From positions 61,695,600 through 61,759,599 of the forward strand of contig NC_068984.1 in assembly GCF_001194135.2 (NCBI RefSeq): 64,000 nucleotides of DNA, given 5' to 3'. This document shows, one piece after another, positions 12,488-26,505 of the stretch. The position numbers and the translations under genes were made by a program. The DNA is from Octopus bimaculoides. Lineage: Eukaryota. How positions within the stretch are numbered: the stretch's first letter is position 1; every line of letters starts with the position of its first letter. The notes below the pieces were generated by a model, which was given only the letters and a program-made list of their open reading frames with translations, made no database searches and had not been told where the DNA came from.

Positions 12488-13861
12488 ATGCTTGCATAAT
12501 ATTAGGGTGTCATAAGTGTAGTGCACTATGTAGTTTACATTCTTAATGATGAAATATATGTAAATGTACTGATCTGAGAAATGATGATAAATATTGCATT
12601 CATTATCGTGATTAAAGGGAAACTGTGCAATTATGCTTCAGGTGATATTCTGTTAGATTCAACTTCAAATTTAAGAAAGTGTATAGTATGAAAATATTCA
12701 GAATACATAAAGTTTTTCCGTATTTACTCTATTGAGAGAGTTTTTCGGGTCCTCTCAAACAACTGAATTCATTGCCGCAATTAACCATGAAACTATCTAA
12801 CGACGAACCTGCTATAGATGAGTAGAGATAGTCTTAGGCCTCTAGACACCGGTTTTGGTAAAATATTCAGTGTAACGTTTCATTCTCAGCCACAGTAGAA
12901 ATATGGAAATCGGTTTGATTTGCGATAGAGTTTGAATGGGGAAACATTTTTCGTAACAGAGAAGAATTGTTCTAGCAGAGTAAAAAAAACCTTAATACAT
13001 TTGTTTGATTAAGACCTAGAAATGTGCCGAAACATTTAACGTCAACTAATGTTTTTTATGCGAAACCTAGCATGTTCATTCCAGATGTACGTGGAATAAT
13101 TTAGTATGAAGGGTACAGATGCTTTAAAAAGGTCCTACAGTTTTACATAAATTTTTAAAAGCAGTTGTTTAGATTGTATATCTTTCGAGAATCAATCTTG
13201 CTGCATCTTCTTGTGCCTAGTAAACTTCAAAAATCATTATAGGAAAAGAAACCTGATATTCTCAAATTTCGAAAGATGTCATTCCGAATGATTGATAAAT
13301 AGATACAATGTTATGTGTTTTCTGGATATATTTAATGACTACATGTTAATGGCCTTGAAAGAAATTAGCATGATCTTTCTTGACTGAAAAATGTTTGCTT
13401 GTTTAGTGATAATGAATATAATGCAGTCATGATATAAATTGCTCACGAAGCGATTTGAATAGTAACAAGGTGGGGGTATGCTGAGCCATAAAATGATCCT
13501 CGAAGCATTCTGTTTCGTACTTCTAGTGACAATTTATAAAGAAGATATTTTATGGATAGTTACTAATTTTTAGCGTGTAATAATGCATATTTCTTATTGA
13601 TGTCTTATCTTATTAGTTTGAATTCTCTCCCGGGCTTCAAGAAATTTCTACATCACAGAATCAATAATGTACAGGACCAATATATTCCGCTTACCAAGGG
13701 TTACAAGTATCAAGTATAGTAAATTTTTAAACTGACATATTTATTATTATTATATTATATATTTATACTTATACATATTTACATATAGTTTTAATACAAC
13801 AATTATTCTACACAATCTTTCTGATGAATTTTCTAATATTGATTTCTAGATATTAATAATA

Positions 13862-13899
<38 letters not shown>

Positions 13900-15462
13900 N
13901 NNNNNNNNNNNNNNNNNNNNNNNNNNNNNNNNNNNNNNNNNNNNNNNNNNNNNNNNNNNNNNNNNNNNNNNNNNNNNNNNNNNNNNNNNNNNNNNNNNNN
14001 NNNNNNNNNNNNNNNNNNNNNNNNNNNNNNNNNNNNNNNNNNNNNNNNNNNNNNNNNNNNNNNNNNNNNNNNNNNNNNNNNNNNNNNNNNNNNNNNNNNN
14101 NNNNNNNNNNNNNNNNNNNNNNNNNNNNNNNNNNNNNNNNNNNNNNNNNNNNNNNNNNNNNNNNNNNNNNNNNNNNNNNNNNNNNNNNNNNNNNNNNNNN
14201 NNNNNNNNNNNNNNNNNNNNNNNNNNNNNTTCATCACTTTATTAAATTCTTCATATCAACCGACTTCTCTTTCCCAGCTGTAACACCTTTCCTATTGAAG
14301 AATCGAATAAAGCGACGAGTAAATGTATGCAAGAATTTATGTAAGTATATATAAATTTGGAAATAAAATATAAGTATTCAAAACAGAGTGTATTCTTCAA
14401 TCTGTTCAGCAAGCCAAACAATATCCAAATATGCTGTCGTTAAACATGTCATTTATAACATTTTAATTCTTTTAATTGCACTTATTTAAACTGTTCGCAT
14501 TAGATATTGCCTTTCATCTGGAAAATTTAAAAGGGTGTTTAATCCCCCTAGGAGTTTTTGTAGCACGTGTACAATGTAAAACTGAGACAAATCTGTATTT
14601 TGCAAGCTAAATAATACGAGCTGCCTGCATAAGACGTATTTGTAATTTATTATTTTGCTTTCTACTTCATTATCAATGAAAAATTGTAATAGACTTTGCA
14701 TGTATATCAGTGCAGTTTCTTTACTATGGTGTTAGATTTTTATCTCCAAATTGAAGGTCAGATTTAGGAATCTGCGTACCGTATATGCCGGCGTACGAAA
14801 TGCGCTTTTTAAAATTCTTAATGTAACAGTAAATTGCTATACACCTAATGCGAAGTGTTACGAATGATATACCCACTTATGAATGTTTGACGAAGATTAT
14901 TTAATTTCTTCCACAAAATATAATAATAAATTAGTGGGGTAGCTTATGCAAAAAATCGTCTTAAACGCCGGTAAAGACGGTAACAACAGAACTTGCTAAG
15001 CGATAAAACCTGATTTTTATAGTGTTGGTATTGAATAAGCAATCTCAATTTATAGCAATATTCGTAGAGAGACAACAGTTTTAAATTTCTTACACCTAAT
15101 TTAAAGAATGTCACGTTTTATCTGTCATACATATCGGGTTACATTTTGACTGCTTACATTTAGAAGCTAAAATAACTAAAATATATTATCACTGGACAGA
15201 TGGTTTCAGGTGTTTTTGGTAGATCGCATTATTTTAAGCATTAATTTTTATTGTATGTTATTTGGGTGTTTTGGGATAGGAACACTTAATTTAGAACACC
15301 GAATGCAGTCTTGTTTGAAAAATATGTTACCTTGTACAGGAAGAACCATTAGTTCTACTTGCACAACGTATGCGTTAGTTTCCTGTGCAACCATTGATAT
15401 TAGTCGACAAACTCACTTTTCCAACATTATGATATATGTATGAATAGGCTCTGCTTGCGAAA

Positions 15463-15590
15463 TTCTTCTTCTTCTTCTTCTTCTTCTTCTTCTTCTTCTT
15501 CTTCTTCTTCTTCTTCTTCTTCTTCTTCTTCTTCTTCTTCTTCTTCTTCTTCTTCTTCTTCTTCTTCTTCTTCTTCTTCTTCTTCTTCTT
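15463..15590. repeat. (CTT)n microsatellite
   Basis: Pure run; source of the poly-R ORF. Confidence 0.95.
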
Positions 15591-16668
15591 CGTATTGTCA
15601 GTGCCGTATATAGTAAAACAAGTAAGAGACTGGATAATGCTAATATTATTTTAACACCTCCGTTCAAATATCAGTCGCGCTGTTTTACTCTTTTCCTTCA
15701 TAGTTATGTAAAATATATAGATTCAAGTACTAGTACTTGTTTCGATTTATTTAAGCGTACTCGATCCATTAAAAAGCGTTGGTTTGAACCAATGTTGGAG
15801 ATAACTAGTATAAGTATTTGACAAACAATATATCAAGTGTTCCTCATTAAATCGCTTTCGTCTCCAGAATCTTTACAAATGTTGGGATAGCTAAAGTGTT
15901 AGTTTCACTTTATAACGTGTTTTTATCTCCTTCTTGTATATCCACCTACTTCAATAACCTTTATCTACTTTCGTAAAGGAAATCATATAAAAAGCATACA
16001 TCTTCACCTCTCGTCGCTTTCACTATCTGTTACAGTAAATTCTTCCGTTGACTTTTTTTTTAATATCAGTTTTTATTAACTTTCAGGTTCTATTTAAAGT
16101 TTCTCGGCGATCGTTCAATAGGTTTATTGTTTTCTTGCAGATTGGGGTTGTCTGAAAACGGATGAACTTTTCTAAATTACGTTGTGTATCAATCAATAGA
16201 AAATCCATATATTGGAGAAATATTGATTAAAACCATTTGCGTTCATTTAATTCAGACGCACACCATTTTATTATACGTTTTCGAGTCAACAAGCTATTTT
16301 CTCGCCGCATACATCTTGTGAGTGTCATATTTAGAGAAGGAAAATAATTAGGTTTCATACAAAAGAATATCTGTTTGATTACACGACTATGACATGAATT
16401 TGAAAGATGTGAGTGGTGCATTCAGAGTAAATAATAGACAGTATTTCAAATTGAATGCTAATGTTACTTTGTATGTATAGAGAATATGATGTTCACATTC
16501 AGTACTTACGATAAAAATAACTTTTTTCACTTCCCAATAAGAGAATGAATGATATTGCGGTTTATGAATCTGTAATTTGCTAGCGATTATCAACACAATG
16601 CGTTTTATCACCTATATTGATAGTACGTGCCACACATATCTAAAACACACGCACACACATACACTCGA

Positions 16669-16725
<57 letters not shown>

Positions 16726-18613
16726 ATCACATTGTAAATGCAATAGCCAAAACGGAAAAAAGCAAGAGAGATAACTTTTAACAAATCTGATATAAGCTTA
16801 CCGCTTAAGAGGAAAAGTATAGGAAGAGATAGATAAAGAAAGATTTGCTGAGAAATGTATTATGTACGTAAATGCATATATATATATATATATATCATGA
16901 CACGAGACACGAGACTGCAACTTAATTCATTCAATTTCCGTCGTCTGTGTAACCTTTAGAATTTTTGGCTGTCTTTACTCCTATCTACTGTTTACCACCT
17001 TTCAGTGACTTCGTATTTTCTACAGCGAGTACATTTATCTCAACTGACTGCAAAGTGAACTTTGATATAAAGTCGGTCAAGACTGCATATTAATTCTACT
17101 CACCATGATTTGTTTCATTGACAGCACGTGCATTTTACCAGTAAGAGGAAATACTAGGGATCTTCTCCAATATTTAACTCATTAGTTGCTTTTTTCATTA
17201 AAAACTGTTCACAGAAATAATATTACGAGCAGAGCTTCTGTCTGCGTACCGCATGATAATCATAATTTTTACCCGAAAAGAGTGCAATTTAACGAAAATG
17301 TGTTTCTGATAACATATCGACAGAACACATAGACGCACTCTCAGTGGATCGAACACTTATCACTGTAATCATTACATATTCATTATATGTCTCCACCACT
17401 TATCAAATAGAACTGAAAATCATAAAAATAGGAATTTCGGTAAGTAGCTTATTCAGCAAAGGATCAAGGTGTATTGCATATCCGAATTCGTCAATATCGA
17501 CAGAGCTTTTAGAAATATTAATATGCGTAAGTTGCCGAAAGTAAATGAACTATATTTAATCTGAATAGATTGAACTGAATATCGCATTATATAATGATTA
17601 AATACATATCGACAATATAAATGAATAAAAAATATCACTTGAAACATTCTTTCATAAATACAAATACACGTCTTTTGACAGTGAATTCTCGTTACATAAA
17701 TTAATGCAAGCATGTTTCTAAAGTTAATATGTAGTTCAGAAGCGTGAATGCAAGATATATAGTTTTCAAAGACTCATGTCTCATAGTTATGGCGGCATGA
17801 CATAGATCTTGTACAAAAAATTCGATTGAAAGGAATACTGCTGCAAGGCTATTTTCACTTCAATAGTATCTCTAAGTTTGTGCATGAAATCTACTGCAAT
17901 TTCATTAGTCAGAGCCAATATTTCTTCGACATCTTTTTACTTATTTTTCAATTTTACGTCAATGGAAAATGTTTTATGTAATTTTATCGTATCGGTGATA
18001 CGCTTAAATAATTTGATTCTTTAACAAAATTCACATGAACATCTCAAAACGGAGGTATATGATGCAGCTTGTTACTTAAGATTACTTAAAGTATAAAGAA
18101 CGTTTTGCTCCACATATTATTGCTGTAAAATATAAACGTGTAGAGAATTCATTTATACACAGTTAATTTGTTTTCCAGCGGTTGAAACAATGACTCTTGG
18201 AGCTAATATATTCGAGGCGACACGTAACATTTTGTTGATTTTACTAGTAAGTCGACAGTTGTGTCATTTCACCTCTGATGTACTGTGTCATTCAGCATTC
18301 CATGCTATATTACACCAGGTTTGGAGTTCTCCTTCATATAGGCAATGTAAAAAGCTTGTGAACCATCGATGAGTGGTGTATTCATTCCTACTGCAGGTTT
18401 CACACATTATCCAGAGCAATTTGTTGTATGTTTGTCAATAGAGAATGGAATTTACCGGAAGGTAATACAGCCGCCGGAAGGTAACAAAACTACATGGCCA
18501 GAATAAAGTAGAAAATCTTAAATACGCAAATTTGAGATAAAAGACATAGATGAAATTCATTTTAAATACGTCATACATTCGTATATATGATTGTTAATAT
18601 TAGTTATACGTTT

Positions 18614-19013
18614 AAGGTGGTGAAGTGGCAGAATCGATAGCTCACCGAGCAAAAATGCGTAGGGGCATTTTGTCCGTCTTTACGCTCTGAGCTGAAATCC
18701 CGTCGAGGATGATTTTGCCTTTCATTCGTTCGGGATCTTTCATATCTCTTTAAAATAAGTACCAGTTGAGTACCGGGGGGCTATGTAGTTGCCTTCCCCA
18801 AGACAGCTGGCCGACCAAAGCCTTGTGAGTGGATTTAGTAGACGGAAACTGAAAGGAAGCCCGTCGTATATATGTATATGTATATGTTTGTGTGTGTGTT
18901 TGTGTGTCTGTGTATGTCCCTCACCCAACATCGCTTGACAACCGATGCTGGTGTGTTTACTTCCTCATAACCTAATGGTTCGGCAAAAGAGACGTATTAC
19001 TAGGCTTAGAAAG
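18614..19013 (+). mobile_element. Composite SINE: family B 5' part joined to family A central part
   Basis: ggtggtgaagtggcagaatcg...aataagtaccagttgag, then ccgaccaaagccttgtgagtggattt...caacatcgcttgacaaccgatgctgg. Confidence 0.7.
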
Positions 19014-19520
19014 TAATACTTACAGCATCAAAGTTTCCAATTTTATCAATATCAGCTACCGCCTTCAGTGTCGTTTGGCTCTTATACATATTTTTCTCAG
19101 AATAAGTTTGTTCCATCACTCGTCGGATCCGTTTATTCTCCATCAATCAAAATAACTTACACTCGTAAATGAGTTTGGCAAAAAAAAAAAAAATTTATGT
19201 GCATTTATTCTGTCAACATTACAAAAAAAAAACAGGCACAACACAGATTTCAAAGCAAATATTATTATACTGCATGTTGTCTTATTTTATATGTTAAAAT
19301 TCTTACATTATCAACAAATGTTGTTAAAATCTGGCAATTTTGTAGCAAGGACTGTACGATATCATTCCCCGACCTCCTGCAAATGACAGTCACTTATCTT
19401 ACACAAAATTGTAACACGATGCATTTCATAATATATAACCGGTAAACAAAGGCATTAGTTAAGAAAAAAATGCTTTCCATTAAGAGTTTGCTCCACCAGA
19501 GCAACCTGGGACTTCGTGGT

Positions 19521-19645
19521 TGATCATCAGTAGCTGTGTGGTAAGTAGCTTGCTCACCAACCACATGGTTCCGGATTCAATACCACTGCGTGGCACCTTG
19601 GGCAAGTGTCTTCTACTATAACCTCGGGCCGACCAAAGCCTTGTG
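19521..19645 (+). mobile_element. SINE family A 5' fragment
   Basis: gctgtgtggtaagtagcttgc...gcaccttgggcaagtgtcttc...gaccaaagccttgtg, cut at the maT TIR. Confidence 0.75.
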
Positions 19646-20899
19646 TCCCAGAAAGACTTATCCATATTTAGTATTCCTCCTAAAGAATATCGGTTCAGGA
19701 AATATTGTCTACATCTTACTTAGAGATTTGCATATGTCTTCTGCTTATGTGTCTATTGTTTCGTTCGTCTATAACAGGTTTATAAACAAACATGGTGCCG
19801 AAAGCAAAGCGCGACCAGATTGTCGCTTTGAAACAGTTGGACTGAGCAACAAGGACATAGCAAAACAGTTAAATATGTGCTGTGAAACAGAGTTCAATAC
19901 TAGGAAATGTTATATGGAGTTCGCTACTACCTGTAGCAACGCAATTCCTGATAGGAAACAATTAATTCGTACCAAACTGTTGAAGCTGTGAAGAAGCGAA
20001 TGAACCGAAATCCCCACAGGAGTGTACCAAAAACTGCAAAACCCTTGATATTTCGAAATCGTTAATGCACAGGATATTGAAAGACGATTTAAAGCTAACT
20101 GCATATAAGAAGCAATCCCGGCAGATAATTTTAGCAGTTCCCAAGAATAAACGATTTGACAGGAGTAAAACCATGTTTGCTGAGATGAAGCGCGCCGCCG
20201 AGAAAGTGTTGATCTGGTCCGACGAGAAGAGCATCGCAGTGGAGGCAGATACCAACAAGCAGAATGATAGGCTTTCTGTACATGATGGCGGAGACTCGCT
20301 CGAAGGTAGCAGGTGTCATTTGTGCCGTCAGAAACCAATTTTACTCATGATGTGAGCCAAAGTTGCATCTAATGGCTCCAAGTCTCCCTTGATCTTTATC
20401 GATGCTGGTGTCAACATCAGCAGTGAAGATTTTGTGGAAGTTTTGTATGAGAAAGTGTTACCCTGGGTCACAGAAACATTTGGTGACCGTTATTTTGTCA
20501 CTCAAGACAATTCTCCGCCCCACGCGTTCAATTTATCACAAAGGTGGTGCAAAGAGCTTTTCAGCTGTTCTTGGGACATGGCAATACAGCTTCCCTCAGA
20601 CATCAATCCCATGGACTTTTCTATCTAGTCCATCTTCGAGAATAATGTTTCTGCTCGCTCCTGTTGAAAGTGTCATATCTGAGTAAGCCATACTGTCTTT
20701 ATGGGTCAAGTTGGATGAAGAGTCGGTACGGTGCTCATGCTACTCGGTGGCCAATCACTTGTAGGTTATAATCAAGGTGAAATATAATTACTGTAATGGA
20801 ATGGCAATTTAGATTAGAACGTATGTTTCATCCTGCCACCTTAATTTTATTTTGAATGATTAAAAAATATCAATGTGTAAATCTTTCTGGGAACCCCTG
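19646..20899 (+). mobile_element. Tc1/mariner transposon, maT (DD37D-like), inactivated
   Basis: ATG 19792 MVPKAKRDQIVAL...IWSDEK...TQDNSPPH...DINPMDFSI; 35 residues seen between the 2nd and 3rd D; TIR remnant tcccagaaaga (19646) pairs with tctttctggga (20882); right end cccctg followed by TA. Confidence 0.85.
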
Positions 20900-20987
20900 T
20901 ATATATATANNNNNNNNNNNNNNNNNNNNNNNNNNNNNNNNNNNNNNNNNNNNNNNNNNNNNNNNNNNNNNNNNNNNNNATATATAT

Positions 20988-21018
<31 letters not shown>

Positions 21019-21699
21019 CATATATTGAATTTCTCAACATTTCAAATCATATTTTTCTTTGCTAGCACATGCTATATCATTAACTGGATTTTATTTCTGA
21101 ATAATGATTTCTCTAATAAACTAAAACAACTAGAACAACAAGTCTGAAAATATATCACAGTTACTTAGCAAATTATTGATGCCAGTGAAAGCCTTGATTT
21201 ATTTCCTTTCCAATGGCACCAATTATACTTCATGAATATTAAAATACTTGTTCCGGATCAGAATCACGAGGTGAGTAGTTTCACTTCACTTACATCATTA
21301 ATAGTGATGGAAAAAAAAAGAAACATATATATTACATCACTTCATATCCACTTCCTTGAATATATTTGCTTCCTACATGCATATGAAACAATGTTATTGC
21401 TTATGTAAGGCAAAACCCTACAAATTTGGTGGGATGACTGAAGTGATATTTCTAGTTTTTCATTATTTCATTAGGATTTATATTTTATTTCAAGTAGAGA
21501 CGAAAAGCAAAGATGATTGCAGTCGAATCTGAAATCAAACTGACATTGGATATAACAAAAATAAGACGCGCAAATGGTTTCAGCCATCTACGCGTTATAA
21601 GAAACACTAATCAAAAATATTAAACACACGCATCAGTAAAAATGAAAAAAAGGCGGCACATAGAACGATAATTCCTGTTACGTATATCCTATATGAAAA

Positions 21700-22630
21700 G
21701 ATTCAAGATGTGAATTTAGTTTTGGAGCAAACTATCCAAAGTGTCCGACCTATCCTTAACTGAGATAATACAATATGATTTGTCAGAGACTTTGTATAGA
21801 TTGTACGTTGGCCAATTGCAATGAAGAAACATTTTTGATTAAATTCGACTGTAAATATACAAGAGTGCTTGCAATTAGGAACAGAGTTAAGAAATGATTT
21901 TAACAAGAATTATATTACGTATGGAATATCTTTCTTACTTTGTAAGTAGCACAAAGTTATTTTTCCCCCAATACTTTCAATAATAATGTATCACTGTAGC
22001 TTGAATCTTTGTGGCTGTACATAATTGCGTGATATGATATTCGAAGATATTGTTGACAAAAATCGAACAGCATAAATATAAAGACAAAATACACTATAGA
22101 CAGAAGTAATTGTGAATGTTCACTGGCTTGGGGAGAGTGGTAAAATCTAGCTGACAATTTGTCATTTTAAAATAGTCATTTCTTTGTACATTACTAACAT
22201 CTTTGCATTGCATTTGTGGGAATCATGTTGAAATATCCTGTCTCTTTCTCCATCTAATTTCGCCTCTTCTCCACCTCTCATAATTGGCTTCCCTTATAAA
22301 GTTGTGGAAGTTTAGAAAAACACTTGCAGAGTGCAGTACCATCTAAAAGCAAGGACATATTATTCAACATTTGTCCGCGAGCACACTAGTCAAGGGACTC
22401 ACTTGCAATCTATGTATGCTGTAGTTTGCTGTCAATAAACACTATATTCCCGTTTGCATTGCTTTGTTTGGGAGTCTATAAAACTGTTAATCCTAGGAAT
22501 ATAGAAAATGAGAAACCATCTCATAAAAATTCTGTGAAATTTCACTCTTGTGAAAATTCCGTGACAAGAGTCGTGTATGCCAAAGATATCCTCAATTATA
22601 GTTCGTGGATAAAATGGTGCAAGAAGTAAA
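21700..22630 (+). pseudogene. Possible very degenerate Toll-like receptor relic (LRR, LRRCT, TM)
   Basis: One frame gives PNTFNNNVSL*LESLWLY, NCECSLAW (22108-22131) and the hydrophobic LAIYVCCSLLSINTIFPFALLCLGVYK; upstream LTEIIQYDLSETLYRLYVG is in another frame. Confidence 0.4.
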
Positions 22631-22876
22631 TACTAAACAATTTCAAAAATGTTCTAATGACAGACAAAATTTCAATAATGATATTTCATTTTACTTTTAA
22701 ATTGTTCACTTTGACTCATGTTCAGATGAATCGTGATGGTATAAGTAATGGTTAAAGAAAATAGTGAAATGACATTGTAATTATTAATTAGGAAACGTAT
22801 TTGCATTAAAACAAAAAGTTACATTCAGCATTATACACATACAGGCGTCTAATTCTCTTTTTTCTTATCTGACACG

Positions 22877-22978
<102 letters not shown>

Positions 22979-23943
22979 ACTCATCTTTAGCACATACACA
23001 CACATATCAGAAGCTGGGTTATCCGTATTGAAAATATTCGGTTATTTGAAGATTTATTTGATCAGTTATAAAAGACATACGTACGTTCATTTCCAACAAA
23101 GTAATACTATACTTTTTGTATACCTTGAGTTCTGTTTCTTTCAGATAGTATTTCAGTTACATTACCTCATCCCTGAAACTTCTAATCCAATTACATTTTA
23201 AATATTTCCTTGGAATTTCTATGTGTCAGCTGAGCTTCGTCAGTTTTTATTAATCCTTTTTATTTAACGGTAGATGATTTTTAATAGGAGGTACTATTGC
23301 AGTTCGCCTCTCGACCCCACAGATGTTCACAAATTAATTTTTGAACAGAAACGCATTACAATCTGTGAGCTATAAATCTTAATCTTGATAAGCAAAAGTT
23401 TATTTCGCTATCCTTAGTTGCAAGATATCATTCTCAAAACTCGAAGATGGTGTACTCTTCTTTACTCTCTCATTCCTATATTATATAATTTGGTTTTAGT
23501 TCTTTCACCCTCAAATTTAGGATTTCTTTACCCTTAATCATTAATGCTATATTTGTATATAACAACTTATCCATTACAGGTATTTATTCATCTCCAACAT
23601 CCAGGAGTACGTTTTACAGGTTTCTAAGCCAGATAATAAGATTCCCCGCCGCCTTACTCTTCCTTTTATTCCCTTATTAGTCAACAGTGTAGTTCCAAAT
23701 TTATTATCATTATAGTTTCTCCCCAATGTTTATCTCATTCGTATTTTCACATATATTTCATATTCAAATATTTGTTTCTCTTCGTCTCTCGTATCCGTTA
23801 TTACAACCTTGTGAAGCGTTTGTCTGTCTAGCCTTAGGTTACACGCATAATTTAAGCTCTTTTTCTTTTCATTTCCTTAAATCTATTAATTGAAGACCGT
23901 CATCCCCATTCACTTTGTAGCATTTCTATCATCATAAATTAGT

Positions 23944-23991
23944 AGAGGCGCAATGGCCCAGTGGTTAGGGCAGCGGACTCGCGGTCATAGG
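23944..23991 (+). mobile_element. Truncated tRNA-derived SINE head (family C)
   Basis: aggcgcaatggcccagtggttagggcagcggactcgcggtc has an A-box (TGGCCCAGTGG) but no B-box or acceptor stem, so not a tRNA gene. Confidence 0.6.
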
Positions 23992-24257
23992 ACTATACTA
24001 AACAGTCAATAGACAAGGTATTATACTAAAAAGTCAATAGACAACATATTCTCACTATAAAATAGTGTACATTTAAACACAAGAGAAATTACCTATAACA
24101 TGAACTACCTATAACTACCTAAACTATCTATATATGTTTATAATTATTAATAAATCTCAGGGTAGCAAAGAATTTTAGAAATTCTATTTGCTACCAGTGG
24201 TCTAACGAAAAGAAAAAAACTAGTTAATATACTATATATTATTCATATAAATACATA

Positions 24258-24551
24258 CAGTGTACCTTTTAACAGATCAGAGAGATGTCCACAATGGGAC
24301 ATCTTACCCGCTAGAAGGAGCAGTCAAAACTCCAAACCACAATCAAAGATAATTTCGAAAGGGAATGAAAAATAGGAATATTTACCATCTATTTTGCGGA
24401 CCATGGTATCCAGAAAATAGATGGTAGATGTTTTTATTTTTCATTCACTTCCGAAATTATCCCTAATTGTGGTTTGCAGTTTTGACTGCTCCTTCTAGTG
24501 GGTAAGATGTCCTATTATGGACAGCTCTCTGATGTGTTTAAATGTACACTG
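24258..24551. mobile_element. Palindromic (fold-back) MITE, Tc1/mariner-like
   Basis: TA|CAGTGTAC...GTACACTG|TA; the halves are reverse complements (45/48 matches over 24296-24343); small central loop near 24401. Confidence 0.85.
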
Positions 24552-25879
24552 TATGTATATATATGTTTATATATACATATATATCTTTATATATATGTGG
24601 GTGTGAATGCATTTATGTTTGCATGTATATATGTTCTGTATGTAGATATATGCATTCACTCATACATACGTAAACATATATATTAAAACCCAAACAACCA
24701 TGAAACACAACTTCACGATAATGTTGTTTATGTCCACCAGTAATCTGTCGTTTCGAAAAATTACTTTAAAATAATGATCTTAAACATTCCTAAAAGTAGG
24801 TGTGTACGTATGCGCATGTGTGTCTTTGTGCGTACGTATATATGCTCGTATTTTGGCGCACCAATAGTTCAGTTCGTAAAAACAAGTGTCTCAATGGATT
24901 TATTGAGTTAATATTCATACATTTAATCATGAATATAATGCGATATATGGAATGCAGTGCAAAACTAAACTGTATCTTAGGCACAAGATATAGATGTTCA
25001 TGCAACTACAGACATTTCAATATATGTATATGATTATGTATATTTATGCGTGTGTATATACACATATGTGTGTGTGTCTTTGTGTACGTACATACATGTG
25101 TTTGTATGTGTGTGTGCAGGTGTGTGCATACCTATATACATATTGATATATACAAACATACTTACCTATATATGAGTGTGCTTGAACTTATAAATTTGTA
25201 ATGAATATTTAGAATAAAGAAAAGTGAGATATTGATATGAATAAATGAAGAAGCTATACAATTCATATTTATTTTTATCTAAAACGGCAGCCAACGACTT
25301 TTCATCATGTGATATCTCAAGTTACCTCTACCGAATATATGGCTTCTGGAAGGAACTTAATCTTCTATTCTCAGAAGAATTTTCCAGCTCCGACTTCCAC
25401 ATTTTCATCTTTAAATTTAGCTCTCGGAAGCTACATTGCATAGATATTTTTTCCATATTGATTCTATCGTAATTTTAGGTGTATTTATATTTTTAGCAAA
25501 ACAAAAAAATATATATTTGTATGAAGTATTGTTAGGTTCAGATATGAATAAATGAAGCTCTACAATGCAGTTGTTTTTTCATATGAAACAAATCAAAATC
25601 ATTTTATAATGTGAAAGTTCGATTTGGAAAACAAACATCCGTAAGAAATAGAAGTGGGTGTAAATGTTGAGATTGTTAACAAACAATCTTGTAGCTACAT
25701 ATATTGCAAAATACTGATAACTGACTGGCTCCTTTCTACTCAACACGACTTGGCGAACATCATCTGGATAGAAAATGACAATAGTGCCAGTTATGTATAA
25801 CATACACGAACACGTTCGTACAAACACTTATGTGTATGTATGTGTATCTGTATGTGAGCGTGTAATAATATTATATTTC

Positions 25880-26500
25880 GGCTTGACTGCCAACAATGTA
25901 ACAAAGATATACTTTGGTTGCATTGAGAGATGAGATAGAAATAAAATATGTTTGTGTGGAGTTCCTAATCTCAAATTATTATTTATCCTTAGAAAAAGCA
26001 AAGGGGTTGTTACTGCGAACGAGAAAAGAGAAATATTTACACCATGTTAAACTACAGGTTTTGTAAGATGTTCGTGTCAAGAAGGACTGTAGCCATGAGT
26101 GGTATGGATTTCTGTAACTAGCAGGCTTAAATTGTGTCATGAGCAAGGACGTCGTCATAATCACAATCTTCGATGTTAAGTCGTGTAGTTACGGTACCAA
26201 CGATTTTGGTTGATCGGTAACAACTAGTGAATTAGAGCAAAAACAATTTATATACGGCTAACTCGGTGCCCAAAAATATGAGGATACATTGCAAAGGGCA
26301 ATGCCATATATTGTTTACCAGACTGGGATTTATTGAGATAGACATTTGCTGGTCCTAAAGTTTTGAGTTAGTAGTTCTTTCATAAGATTACCATTCGTAG
26401 GCAGTTTCCTGTTTCTACGATTATTGGTTTTAGTTCTAAGCACCGTCATCCGGCTTTGAACGATTATGAGACATATTGTTGGTGTTTGGGGCACCAATAA
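25880..26500 (+). pseudogene. Possible degenerate TLR relic, cut by a Helitron
   Basis: GLTANNVTKI, GVPNLKLLFI, RCSCQEGL*P*VVWI and later RQFPVSTII/TYCW in TLR order, across frames with stops. Confidence 0.25.
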
Positions 26501-26505
26501 AAATT

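Noticed and set aside
12990-13045. ttgattaagacc...gccgaaacatt as a decayed hammerhead
   Set aside because: Core has two substitutions and the stems do not pair
14486-14701. TIR-like words in a minus-strand ORF
   Set aside because: Motif spacing is incompatible with a TIR fold
18150-18500. Exon-like segment with several splice-like sites
   Set aside because: No consistent open exon or recognisable product on either strand
21780-21900. Minus-strand LRR-like TLVYLQSNLIKNV
   Set aside because: Single motif that overlaps the better-ordered plus-strand reading
23944-23991. tRNA gene
   Set aside because: Only an A-box-containing head; no cloverleaf or B-box
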